From positions 1 through 56,497 of IMG/VR virus record IMGVR_UViG_3300044535_001837: DNA of 56,497 nt; one strand, written 5' to 3'. Shown here piece by piece: positions 35,470-45,540 of the stretch; position 1 is the first letter of the stretch; each line of letters opens with the position of its first letter. The translations under genes were made by a program, and so were the position numbers. The notes beneath the pieces are model-generated. The model had not been told where the DNA came from. It made no database searches and worked only from the letters and a program-made list of their open reading frames with translations. The DNA is from a virus (lineage: Duplodnaviria; Caudoviricetes).

Positions 35470-38400
35470 ATGTCACAGATAAGTTCATATCCGATATTAT
35501 CAAATCCTACATTAAGTGATCTATTAATAGGTACTGATGTAGATAATTTGAATCTTACCAAAAACTTTTCGATAAGTTCTATAGGTGATCTTATTGGATT
35601 GGACTATGTGCCATATACAGGTGCTTTACAAAATGTAAACTTAGGTTCATTTAATATTACATCTTCAGCATTTATTGTTGGAGGTGGAACATCTAGCCAA
35701 TTTTTAAAAGCAAACGGTACCCTCGATTCTACAGTATATGTTCCTGCAACAAGGACTATTACAATTAACTCTGTAGGATATGACTTAAGTGCAAATAGAT
35801 CTTGGGATCTAAACACAATTAATAGCTTAACCACAACAGGTACAAGCGGTGCTGCTACATATGTAGGTAAAGTTTTAAATATACCTATATATCAAGCACA
35901 AGGTAATTATATCACTCAACTTTCAGGAGAAGCAACTGCTGTTGGTCCGGGTAATGCTGTTGTTACACTTGATAATACTGCTGTAATCAGCAAGGTATTG
36001 ACCGGTTTAAATGTAACAGGTGGAAATGTAGTAGCCTCTGATACAATACTACAGGCATTTGGAAAAGTACAGAACCAAATTAATGGGCTTGTTGGTGGTG
36101 TTCAGTACCAAGGTACATGGAATGCTGCCACCAATACACCTACTTTGCAGAGTTCTGTTGGTACAAAAGGACACTACTATGTAGTAAGTGTTCCCGGTAA
36201 TACTAACCTAAATGGAATTACTGATTGGAAGTTAGGCGATTGGGCTATCTATGATGGAACAGCTTGGCAAAAGGTAGATAATACTGATTCAGTAATTAGT
36301 GTTAATGGTTATACCGGAGAAGTTATCCTTACTTATAGTGATGTCGGTGCTCCTCCATCTACAAGAACTCTTACAATTAATGGAGTTGGTTATGATCTAA
36401 GTGCAAATAGAGCTTGGACTGTAGGTGATGTACGTACAGATAATTCTTATGCTAACCCATCATGGATTACTTCATTAGCGTGGAGTAAAATTACTAGTAC
36501 TCCTACTACTCTTGCAGGTTATGGGATTACTGATGGAGTTAATACTTCAAGAACTTTAACTATAAATGGGCAATCTTTTGATCTTAGTGCCAATCGTACA
36601 TGGTCAGTAGGTACAGTTACTAGCATTGCTACTAGTGGACCAATTACAGGTGGACCAATTACAGGATCAGGTACAATTGGGATTACTCAAGCAGGTGCAA
36701 GTTCAGATGGTTACCTAAGTAGTTCAGATTGGAATGCATTTAATAATAAGCAGGAGGTAATATCTGTATCTGCTCCATTAACATTTGTATCAGGTGTTAT
36801 TGGTATTCCACAATCAACAGCTACAATAAATGGATATTTAAGTAGCACTGATTGGACTACATTTAATAATAAGCAAAATGCATTAGTAAATCCTGTAACA
36901 GGTACAGGTACACTATATACTCTTCCTATGTGGGGAGGTACAACATCATTGGTAAATAGTCCATTATCTTATGGATCTGATTCATTTAATTTTCAGTACA
37001 ATAGTACAACAGGAGCATCTGTAGTATTTTCTAATATAGGACTTACTCCATACTCATACACAGTAACTATGAATAACTTTGGATCTCCAAGATCAACAGT
37101 TCATAGTTATACTGATGGAATTGTATATCACAACATTGCAGGCACTCAGTATCAAAGAATCTTTGCTAATGGTAATACTATTATTGGACAAGGTCTTGCT
37201 GATACAGGATATAAACTTTATGTTGAAGGAGAAGTATTCATAAACTCAGTAATAAATGCAGCTACTGATCCAAACAAATATATGGTTTGGGATACAGGTG
37301 CTGTTAAATATGTTACTGCTAGTCAGATGATTACTACTCTAGGTGCAGTACCGTATACAGGTGCTACTGCAAATGTTAACCTAGGGGAGTTTGGACTTAC
37401 TACAGGATACTTAGGATTTGATCTTACTCCTACCAATACACCTGTTACTCAGGGCACAATGTATTGGGATGATAGTGAGTTGACTGTAGCCTTAAATATG
37501 GGTACGGTTATACAACACATTGGTGAGGATGTATATTACAATGTAAAGAATAGTTCAGGTTCAACTATACCAAAAGGAACTGCTGTTAGATTTGCAGGTA
37601 CTGATGGAAATAGTGGACATATATTAATTGCTCCTTTCTTAGCAGATGGTACTTATCCATCTACTTATTTTATGGGAGTAACTGCTGCTGCTATATCCAA
37701 TGGTAGCTTTGGAAAGGTAGTTCAGTTTGGTAAGTTAGAAGGAGTAAATACAAATAGTTTTACTAGTGGAGCTATTTTATATGCATCTACAACTGTAGCA
37801 GGAGGATTTCAAACTACTGTTCCTGTAGCTCCTAATAACATTGTTCAGGTAGCCGCTGTATTATCTTCTGCAAATAATGGGAAGATTATGGTTAGACCTA
37901 CTTTAGGTTCTAACATAACACAAGATGAAGGGGTTGTTATTACATCTCCTGTATTGAATCAAGGATTGTTTTATGATTCAGGTCTATGGGTAAATAAGAC
38001 TATAGCATCTGCACTAGGATATACTCCTGCAAATCAAGCTAGAACACTTAGTGTAAATGGTACTACTTATGATCTGAGTGCAAATAGGACTTGGAATGTT
38101 GGTACTGTTACTTCTGTAAACATGAGTGTTCCTACAGGATTTTCAATAGGAGGAAATCCGGTTACATCTAGTGGAACTCTTGCTTTATCTTTTTCATCAG
38201 GATATAGTTTGCCTACAGATGCTAGTCAATCTAATTGGGATGTTGCTTATAACAACAGAATTACATCACTTAATACTACTCCATCAAGTGGTGCTGCTAC
38301 TTTAATTGGAAATGTTCTTACTATTCCTGTATATCAAGAGCAGGGCAACTATATTACAGCACTTACAGGTGAGGCTACTGCTAGTGGTCCGGGATCTGCA

Positions 38401-39312
38401 AGTGTCACATTAGTAAACTCAGCTGTTACCGGTAAGATCCTTACAGGTCTATCTGTGTCAGGAACAACAATATCATCTACTGACAGTATACTTTCTGCAT
38501 TCGGTAAACTACAAGGTCAAATAAATAATCTTATCGGTGGGCTTAAATATGAAGGGACTTGGAATGCATCTACAAATACTCCAACGATTACATCAGGAGT
38601 AGGTACAGATGGAACATTCTATATTGTCAGTGTTGCAGGAACTACTAATATTGATGGAATTACTGATTGGCAAGTAGGTGATTGGATTGTATTTCATGGT
38701 ACTGCATGGCAGAAGGTTGATAACACTGAATCTGTTGTATCTGTAAATGGATTGACAGGAGCTGTAAATCTTACTACTTCAAATATTTCTGAGGGTACTA
38801 ATTTATACTTTACAAATAGTAGAGCTAGACAAGCAATAAGTTTAACTACTACAGGATCAAGTGGGTCTTCTACATATGACAATGGTACAGGTGTATTGAA
38901 TGTACCTCAGTATACATTAAGTGGATTGGGAGGAGTTCCTACTACAAGAACATTGACTATTAATGGTACTAGCTATGACTTGAGTGCTGATAGATCTTGG
39001 ACAATTGTAGCAGGTATAACAGGCAGTGGTACTACAAACTATATTAGTAAATTTAGTGCTAGTGATACAATTGCAAACAGTTTATTATTTGACAATGGAT
39101 CAGGAGTAGGCTTAGGAACAGCAAGTATTAATACTTCAGCATTGTTTCAGATGGATAGTACTACAAAAGGATTTTTACCTCCACGAATGACAGCTGCTCA
39201 GAGAGGATCTATTAGTTCTCCTGCTGAAGGATTAATAGTTTATCAGACAGATTCGGTAATAGGTTTGTATATTTACAGCAACTCCACGTGGAGATCATTA
39301 ACAATGGTATAA
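35470..39312 (+). CDS. Long tail fibre protein 1
   Basis: Gly/Thr/Ser-rich. A ~150-aa module (YQGTWNA.TNTP...DW..GDW...WQKVDNT) is duplicated, and there are five RT(L/I).(I/V)N...DLSA(N/D)R.W repeats. Confidence 0.85.
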   Translation: MSQISSYPILSNPTLSDLLIGTDVDNLNLTKNFSISSIGDLIGLDYVPYTGALQNVNLGSFNITSSAFIVGGGTSSQFLKANGTLDSTVYVPATRTITINSVGYDLSANRSWDLNTINSLTTTGTSGAATYVGKVLNIPIYQAQGNYITQLSGEATAVGPGNAVVTLDNTAVISKVLTGLNVTGGNVVASDTILQAFGKVQNQINGLVGGVQYQGTWNAATNTPTLQSSVGTKGHYYVVSVPGNTNLNGITDWKLGDWAIYDGTAWQKVDNTDSVISVNGYTGEVILTYSDVGAPPSTRTLTINGVGYDLSANRAWTVGDVRTDNSYANPSWITSLAWSKITSTPTTLAGYGITDGVNTSRTLTINGQSFDLSANRTWSVGTVTSIATSGPITGGPITGSGTIGITQAGASSDGYLSSSDWNAFNNKQEVISVSAPLTFVSGVIGIPQSTATINGYLSSTDWTTFNNKQNALVNPVTGTGTLYTLPMWGGTTSLVNSPLSYGSDSFNFQYNSTTGASVVFSNIGLTPYSYTVTMNNFGSPRSTVHSYTDGIVYHNIAGTQYQRIFANGNTIIGQGLADTGYKLYVEGEVFINSVINAATDPNKYMVWDTGAVKYVTASQMITTLGAVPYTGATANVNLGEFGLTTGYLGFDLTPTNTPVTQGTMYWDDSELTVALNMGTVIQHIGEDVYYNVKNSSGSTIPKGTAVRFAGTDGNSGHILIAPFLADGTYPSTYFMGVTAAAISNGSFGKVVQFGKLEGVNTNSFTSGAILYASTTVAGGFQTTVPVAPNNIVQVAAVLSSANNGKIMVRPTLGSNITQDEGVVITSPVLNQGLFYDSGLWVNKTIASALGYTPANQARTLSVNGTTYDLSANRTWNVGTVTSVNMSVPTGFSIGGNPVTSSGTLALSFSSGYSLPTDASQSNWDVAYNNRITSLNTTPSSGAATLIGNVLTIPVYQEQGNYITALTGEATASGPGSASVTLVNSAVTGKILTGLSVSGTTISSTDSILSAFGKLQGQINNLIGGLKYEGTWNASTNTPTITSGVGTDGTFYIVSVAGTTNIDGITDWQVGDWIVFHGTAWQKVDNTESVVSVNGLTGAVNLTTSNISEGTNLYFTNSRARQAISLTTTGSSGSSTYDNGTGVLNVPQYTLSGLGGVPTTRTLTINGTSYDLSADRSWTIVAGITGSGTTNYISKFSASDTIANSLLFDNGSGVGLGTASINTSALFQMDSTTKGFLPPRMTAAQRGSISSPAEGLIVYQTDSVIGLYIYSNSTWRSLTMV

Positions 39313-39315
39313 GAT

Positions 39316-42300
39316 ATGTCGAATTTAGCAACTATAGTAAACAACATATTAGCTGACAGTGGGATTGATGACATCAGTGTTGTCATTGGATCAGGCACTT
39401 CAGGTTATATACCTGTGTTTACATCTACCGGTAGAACTATTGGAAATAGTATTCTAAATCAAAGTGGAGGTAACTTATTAATTGGAGGGAACATTGCTCT
39501 TCATGCAGGAAACTTTAATTCATATGCTCCTACGCTAACAGGTGTAGGTGCTAGTGGTACTTGGGGTATTAGCATTACAGGTAATGCAGATACAGTTGAT
39601 GGTTACCACATGAATCAAAATTTATTGACTAGTTCAAGTCCTACATTTGCAGGACTTACTTCTAATGGGTCAATATTTGTAAATGGGGTTGGTGTATTTA
39701 CTTCATCTAGTGATCATCAGATTTCTTTAAGAAGTCCGGATGCATGGACAGGGATTGAATTCGATGATTCTCAAAGTGGATTTGACTATATATGGTTCAA
39801 TGGCATTTATCAAACCTTTGCTATTGGTGGAGGAGGAGCTAGTGTATTAGGGAAGAAACTTCACATTGATGGAGGGACAACTATTGGATCTAATTATGAT
39901 TCTACATCTGCTCCTAGTAATGGATTAAATGTTGAAGGAGCTATACAACAAGCAGGTAACCAAGTTCTTCATGCAGGAAATTTCAACTCTTATGCACCTA
40001 CCTTAACAGGTGGAGGAGCAAGTGGTACATGGGGTATTAGTATTACAGGTAATGCAAATACAGCAACTAACTTAAGTAATAGTTGGACTAATTGGAATTC
40101 AGTAGGAGGTATTGGTAGCGTTGTAGGAATGTTAGCATGGAAAAACTATGGTAATAATCATGTTATTTTTGATGCTTCTAACTCTACTTCACCAAGTGGT
40201 AGCGGTGTTAATAGTTCAAATCCTGATGTTACATGGTCAGCAAGTTATCCAACTTTAATGGGATGGAATGGATCATCTACATACGGAGTTCGTGTTGATA
40301 GTGCAAGATATTCAGATTTTGTTGGTGGATTTAGTGCAGCTACTTTTTATAGAAGTCTTGGGTTTGGTTCAGGTTATCCAAGTTGGAATTTGAATACAGT
40401 AGATCCTGATAGATCAGGATTTACTTATGGTAATGGAGGGCCTTATACAGGTCCATTTATACATATAGGTGCTAGTGGATATGGATTACAGTTTAATGCT
40501 CCTTATGGTGGGGATGGTTATGGGTTAGCATTTAGAACTAGAAATGGAGATACAGGAAGTTGGAACTCTTGGAGATATCCTGCTGTATACGGTGTAAATA
40601 TTAATGGTGGAGGAGCTTTATATGCTACAATTTATTATGATCAAAATGATACAGGATACTATGTTGATCCTGCATCAGGATCTAGAATGAATTCTATAAC
40701 CTATGACAATCTTTATTTTTCAGCAGATTCTACTTATGGGTTCTTAGGAAGAAACGTATACGCTGATACAGTAAATGGTAGAGGTTCGGATCCATTAGAA
40801 CTTAACTATTACGATGGTGGAGAGGTACACATTGGATCAGGTGGCTCAAAAGTTCTTAGATCGGGAACATTTTATTCTCCAATATTTTATGATTCTCAAG
40901 ATACTTATTATTATTTAGATCCTAACTCAACATCTAGAGTCAATGTGTTAGGAAGCTTTAGTCTTAGAAATAATTACACTGTAGATGTAGATCATACGTA
41001 TGGTATTTATTTTGATTCAGGAGGATCTAATGGTTATGCAATATATCGTGAAAGCGGTTCTTGGGCTTTTCCTTATCCTGATTTAAGAATTTCATTCCAT
41101 ACAGGAATTAAACTTGGAGCTAATGCTTCTTATAACGGTATAAGATTTTATACAGATACTGACATGGGCACACAAGTTATGTCAGTTAATAATGCATCTG
41201 ATGGAGTTGGGGGAGGTAATGTTTATGTAAATAATACTCTTGTTGCAGGTGACTCTTTAAGAGCTACTATTTTCTACGATTCTAATAATACAGGGTATTA
41301 TGTAGATCCAAGCTCTACATCAAATGATGCTCTTAGGATACAAGGAGGTGCTTTATTTGGGCCTAATCCTACATGGGGACAATATCTTGCAGTTGGTACA
41401 AATGGTCGTTGGTCCGGTTCTTATGCATCTGTTGCTACCACAGATGGAAATTTGCACTTAGATGCTAAAGATGGAAGTAATATTTATTTAGCTTGGTATA
41501 ATGGATCTGATGTAATTGTTGGTGGAGGTATTCAATCTACTATTTATTACGATAGAAATGATACAGGATTTTATGTTAATCCTAATAGTGCTTCAAGATT
41601 AAATATCATATACCCAAACACTAGTTATTTTGGAGTTGATGGTAATAAGGGATATGGTCAAGGGTTTGGAACATACTCATCGTCTCTACATAAGATAGCA
41701 TACATGTCTTTTGATTGGGATTCTAATTACGATACTTATTCAAATCATGGAATCGCTTCCACTAGTCGTTTTGGAGGTTTTTCAGATAGTATGAGTATTA
41801 ACTCATATAATGATATTAATTTAAGAATTGATACTAATGACAATGATTCATCTTCGTATGTAAGATTTCACCATCACACTACAGGAGAAAATACATTTGC
41901 ATACATAGGATACAACCATTGTATTAGTGAATTCCAAATGTTCCTTGCAGGCATGTATTGCACTAGCAGTTATTCAGGATATTGCTACAATGATGGATAT
42001 TATAATGGTGGATATAGTTCATCTGCTTACATGAGAAGTTCTGATTTTTGTCAAATATTTAATACAGGATTCTGTGGATTATATGTAGTTAATTATGGAC
42101 CATCAATAGATTTTGGTACATATAGTTTGATTCAGAGACCTTCTACAGGAGAATGCTTCTATTATGATGGTGGAAGTGGAACTCTTTATATAGGTGGTAA
42201 TATATGTCAAAACTATTATTCTGATTGTAAATACAAGGAAAACATTACAGAGATTGATTCAGCTCTTGATAAGATTGAAGCAATGCGTGGGGTTGAGTTT

Positions 42301-42546
42301 GATTGGAATGAATTAGGTGAAGAAGAAGCATTTAGAAAAGGACATGAGGTTGGAGTGATAGCACAAGAAGTTCAGGCTGTATATCCTCAAGCTGTCAGAG
42401 AAGTTTATAAAGAAAGAGAAGACCATGTAGCAACTGCTCTTGTTGTTGATTATGAAAAGTTCACACCTCTTCTTATTCAATCAATAAAAGAACTTAAGGT
42501 AAAAGTTGACAACATAAAATCTAGATTAGATGCAGGCGGTTTATAA
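39316..42546 (+). CDS. Tail fibre/receptor-binding protein 2 with C-terminal intramolecular chaperone (peptidase S74)
   Basis: 2x LHAGNFNSYAPTLTG.GASGTWGISITGNA and 4x I(Y/F)YD...T..Y..P.S.S repeats; SD..YKENI..I..ALDKI...GVIAQEV...VDY.K..PLLIQSIKEL. Confidence 0.9.
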   Translation: MSNLATIVNNILADSGIDDISVVIGSGTSGYIPVFTSTGRTIGNSILNQSGGNLLIGGNIALHAGNFNSYAPTLTGVGASGTWGISITGNADTVDGYHMNQNLLTSSSPTFAGLTSNGSIFVNGVGVFTSSSDHQISLRSPDAWTGIEFDDSQSGFDYIWFNGIYQTFAIGGGGASVLGKKLHIDGGTTIGSNYDSTSAPSNGLNVEGAIQQAGNQVLHAGNFNSYAPTLTGGGASGTWGISITGNANTATNLSNSWTNWNSVGGIGSVVGMLAWKNYGNNHVIFDASNSTSPSGSGVNSSNPDVTWSASYPTLMGWNGSSTYGVRVDSARYSDFVGGFSAATFYRSLGFGSGYPSWNLNTVDPDRSGFTYGNGGPYTGPFIHIGASGYGLQFNAPYGGDGYGLAFRTRNGDTGSWNSWRYPAVYGVNINGGGALYATIYYDQNDTGYYVDPASGSRMNSITYDNLYFSADSTYGFLGRNVYADTVNGRGSDPLELNYYDGGEVHIGSGGSKVLRSGTFYSPIFYDSQDTYYYLDPNSTSRVNVLGSFSLRNNYTVDVDHTYGIYFDSGGSNGYAIYRESGSWAFPYPDLRISFHTGIKLGANASYNGIRFYTDTDMGTQVMSVNNASDGVGGGNVYVNNTLVAGDSLRATIFYDSNNTGYYVDPSSTSNDALRIQGGALFGPNPTWGQYLAVGTNGRWSGSYASVATTDGNLHLDAKDGSNIYLAWYNGSDVIVGGGIQSTIYYDRNDTGFYVNPNSASRLNIIYPNTSYFGVDGNKGYGQGFGTYSSSLHKIAYMSFDWDSNYDTYSNHGIASTSRFGGFSDSMSINSYNDINLRIDTNDNDSSSYVRFHHHTTGENTFAYIGYNHCISEFQMFLAGMYCTSSYSGYCYNDGYYNGGYSSSAYMRSSDFCQIFNTGFCGLYVVNYGPSIDFGTYSLIQRPSTGECFYYDGGSGTLYIGGNICQNYYSDCKYKENITEIDSALDKIEAMRGVEFDWNELGEEEAFRKGHEVGVIAQEVQAVYPQAVREVYKEREDHVATALVVDYEKFTPLLIQSIKELKVKVDNIKSRLDAGGL

Positions 42547-42859
42547 TTGGAAATTAGGAAGAATAGAAGCTAAGAAAAGCTTTAGAGATAAGTTTGGTAA
42601 CGTAAGAGAAAACGTAATCAAATCAGTAGAACTAATTCTTGTAGGCGAGAAAGGTGATGATAGAAAAGAATATACTACTAATGTTTATTTTAACTTGATT
42701 GATCTATCTAATTTTAAAGATGCATCAACACTTTCAAAAGAGGAAGTACTTCAATGGGCACTTGAAAAAATTGATCCTAAAGAGAAACAGTATATTGAAA
42801 GAATTGTTAAATTACAGCTCAATGAAGAAGAGTCAAAGACTCTAACAATAGAACTATAA
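42530..42859 (+). CDS. Putative fibre-associated chaperone
   Basis: YNWK...F.....LSKEEVLQW; paralogous to 44125-44481. Confidence 0.5.
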   Translation: MQAVYNWKLGRIEAKKSFRDKFGNVRENVIKSVELILVGEKGDDRKEYTTNVYFNLIDLSNFKDASTLSKEEVLQWALEKIDPKEKQYIERIVKLQLNEEESKTLTIEL

Positions 42860-42868
42860 TTTAATAAA

Positions 42869-43747
42869 ATGAACATTCTGCTTGATATCAATGGAGGGCT
42901 TGGCAAGAACATAGCCTCAACAGCATTTTGTGCAAGGATAAAAAAGAAATATCCTGAAAGTAAACTGATAGTATTTACATTTTGGAAAGATGCTTTTCTA
43001 AATAATCCTAATGTAGATGTATGTCTTGAAAAAGGAGAGGACAATGACTTCTATGAAAAGTACGTTGAAGGACAAGAGATTTTATTTTTAGTAACTGATC
43101 CGTATTTAATGAATGCCCATATGAATAAAAAGGAGCATTTAATACAGACATGGTTTTCAATGATTGGAGAGGAATACAATGATGAACTTCCTGAACTTTA
43201 TTTTACCAAACAAGAGAAGCAATACTACAATCAGTTTTTTAAGTTTCCAAAAGATGTATTTATAATTCAGGCTAATGGTGGAGGGAAACCTCAGCAGGGA
43301 ATGGATTCATATAATTGGGCTAGAGATATTCCACCTAATTTGGTCCAAAAAATTATTGATAAGTATAGTGAAGATTATTCTGTTGGAGTAATAAGACAAG
43401 GACATCAAATAAAGTATAACAATTGTCTAGATTTCAGAGACAAATGGAGAATGCTTGCAATAGGAATGAAGTCTTCAAATAAGAGACTATTTATAGATAG
43501 TTCTTTTCAGCATGTTGCAGCAGCATTAAATTTACCATCTACAGTTCTTTGGAGCGTAACTGATCCTAAAGTATTTGGGTACAAAATACATGATAACATA
43601 TTAGCAAATCCTCATACTAAATATCAAAAACCTACAGATATTGCAAATAAGTTTAGGTTTGTTGAACCTTTGCAAAATATGCCATATGAAAGTTTTAGCG
43701 AAGTTTTCAACTTTGATTCTATAATCAAATCTATTAATAGACAATGA
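42869..43747 (+). CDS. GT-B glycosyltransferase (GT9/heptosyltransferase-like)
   Basis: GGLGK.I, KKKYPESKLIV, FLNNPNVD, R..P and FIDSSFQHVAAALNLPSTVLW motifs. Confidence 0.8.
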   Translation: MNILLDINGGLGKNIASTAFCARIKKKYPESKLIVFTFWKDAFLNNPNVDVCLEKGEDNDFYEKYVEGQEILFLVTDPYLMNAHMNKKEHLIQTWFSMIGEEYNDELPELYFTKQEKQYYNQFFKFPKDVFIIQANGGGKPQQGMDSYNWARDIPPNLVQKIIDKYSEDYSVGVIRQGHQIKYNNCLDFRDKWRMLAIGMKSSNKRLFIDSSFQHVAAALNLPSTVLWSVTDPKVFGYKIHDNILANPHTKYQKPTDIANKFRFVEPLQNMPYESFSEVFNFDSIIKSINRQ

Positions 43748-44112
43748 TAGTTGAAGTATCAGTTGGTGAATTGCTAGATAAGTGGACGATACTTAAGATT
43801 AAGTCTGAGATGATTTCAGATTGTGGTAAACTTATGAATGTAAAAAAAGAAAGAGATTATCTTTATAAGCAAATCTTAACTATCGATGGGTTGATCAATG
43901 ATGATCTTTGTGAGTATTTGCTAGATACTAATTATAGTCTTTGGGAAGTTGAAGATAGCTTGAGGAGTTTAGAGTCTAAGAAAAAGTTTGATGAATCATT
44001 TATATCTTTGGCTAGAAGTGTTTACAAGCTAAATGATTTAAGAGCAGAGATTAAAAGAAAAATTAATTTAAAATATAAGTCTAACTTTGTAGAAGAAAAA
44101 TCATACATCTAA
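43744..44112 (+). CDS. DUF6165-like protein
   Basis: VSVGELLDK.TIL.IK...N..LW.VED..R...F..LARSVY..ND.R..IK..IN...EEKSY motif. Confidence 0.7.
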   Translation: MIVEVSVGELLDKWTILKIKSEMISDCGKLMNVKKERDYLYKQILTIDGLINDDLCEYLLDTNYSLWEVEDSLRSLESKKKFDESFISLARSVYKLNDLRAEIKRKINLKYKSNFVEEKSYI

Positions 44113-44124
44113 AAATAAAAAAAA

Positions 44125-44481
44125 ATGGTTTACACTTGGAAAGTAACAGGCATGAAGGGAATAGATTTGCCTAATGAGCCAAATACAATTATACAGACTT
44201 ATTGGACAAAAACCGGAACTGATGATCAAGGTAATGAAGGAATATTTACAGGAGCAACTCCTTTTAATCCTGCTGACATTGATCCTGCTAATTTTATTCC
44301 TTACGATCAACTAACAGAAGAGATTGTACTTGGATGGATTCAAGCTGTTGTTGTTGGATCTTATGCAGAACACGTTGATGCTCAGATTCAAAAACAGATT
44401 GATTCTAAAAAAGTTAAAGATGAGCCACTTCCTTGGGCACCTCCTACTCCTCCTCCTACACCTATTGTAACCGCAGAATAA
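44125..44481 (+). CDS. Putative fibre-associated chaperone
   Basis: YTWK...FIPYDQLTEEIVLGWI...LPW motif, common next to phage fibres. Confidence 0.55.
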   Translation: MVYTWKVTGMKGIDLPNEPNTIIQTYWTKTGTDDQGNEGIFTGATPFNPADIDPANFIPYDQLTEEIVLGWIQAVVVGSYAEHVDAQIQKQIDSKKVKDEPLPWAPPTPPPTPIVTAE

Positions 44482-44482
44482 T

Positions 44483-44722
44483 ATGTCAACTATCAACTCA
44501 TACGCTACAGATACTAATGTATCTTATAACGATAAGCTTATTGGGACTGATGCTGAAGACAGCAACAAGACTAAGAACTTTACCATTGGAAGCATTTTAT
44601 CTATGCCACTTCCAAATGTACCTGTATACCCTAACAATGCAGCAGCCATTGCAGCAGGACTAACTGTTGGACGAGTTTATAGAATTACAGGAAGTACAGG
44701 ACAACTAGCGGTTGTATTTTAA
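44483..44722 (+). CDS. Mini-protein sharing the N-terminal domain of fibre 1
   Basis: MSTINSY...DKLIGTD....KTKNFTIGSI versus MSQISSY...DLLIGTD....LTKNFSISSI. Confidence 0.6.
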   Translation: MSTINSYATDTNVSYNDKLIGTDAEDSNKTKNFTIGSILSMPLPNVPVYPNNAAAIAAGLTVGRVYRITGSTGQLAVVF

Positions 44723-44749
44723 ATACATTCCGAAATAAAATTTAATCTA

Positions 44750-44977
44750 ATGGACATAAGAAAAATATCAGTAGGACCTGATTATAAAGGTAGCTCAATG
44801 CATTACATTGTAGGACAAAAAGTTCTTGGTGATACATATGAAATAGAGGCTATCCTTTTTAATGTTGACTTAGGATCAATACGTGTTTATATTAGAAACG
44901 AAAAGAATGAGACTGTAATGTGGAAAGAATTCAACCACAATATGCCTATTTCAATTGAATACAATATAAACTACTAA
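44750..44977 (+). CDS. Conserved hypothetical protein
   Basis: IRKISVG.DYK...MHY.VGQ motif, upstream of the packaging genes. Confidence 0.65.
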   Translation: MDIRKISVGPDYKGSSMHYIVGQKVLGDTYEIEAILFNVDLGSIRVYIRNEKNETVMWKEFNHNMPISIEYNINY

Positions 44978-45540
44978 TGAAATCCCCATTCGATTTTATC
45001 GTTAGACCAATAAATGGTGAGCGATACAATAACACCAAGGAAAGTGGTGGCGTTGAAATAATTGTCAATACATCAGAAGAAGACCATAGGTTCTCCAATA
45101 GATATGCTGAGGTTATTGAGGTCCCCTATGGATATGATGGTCCTATACAAGCAGGTGATATCTTATTGGTTCACCATAATGTGTTTAAGTTCTATAATGA
45201 CATTAGAGGAAGACGTAAGAGTGGGCGTGCATTTTTTAGAGACGATCAGTTTTTTATAGAGCCTGATCAGTTTTTTATGTACAAGCGTAATGGAGAATGG
45301 CATACTTACAATCGATTTTGTTTTGTAAAGCCTATACCGGCAATTGAGAGTTACATCATGAAGCCATTTACTCATGAGCCTCTTATGGGGGAGATGGTGT
45401 ATCCAAATGAATACTTAATTTCACAGGGTATAAAGTCAGGAGATATTGTTTGTTTCAAGCCTGACAGTGAGTATGAGTTTGATGTTGATGGAGAAAAACT
45501 TTATAGGATGTTTGACCATCAAATAACTATGGTGCTATGA
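44977..45540 (+). CDS. Tandem GroES-like protein
   Basis: Two GroES-like halves (FIVRP...AEVIEVP...IQAGD; FVKP...GEMVY...IKSGD.V.F....YEF.VDGEK). Confidence 0.5.
   Translation: MKSPFDFIVRPINGERYNNTKESGGVEIIVNTSEEDHRFSNRYAEVIEVPYGYDGPIQAGDILLVHHNVFKFYNDIRGRRKSGRAFFRDDQFFIEPDQFFMYKRNGEWHTYNRFCFVKPIPAIESYIMKPFTHEPLMGEMVYPNEYLISQGIKSGDIVCFKPDSEYEFDVDGEKLYRMFDHQITMVL

Noticed and set aside
39499-40062. Two ~95-nt near-identical repeats in fibre 2 as a possible DGR template/variable pair
   Set aside because: Both copies are coding, the differences are mostly synonymous third positions rather than adenine-specific, and I found no reverse transcriptase.
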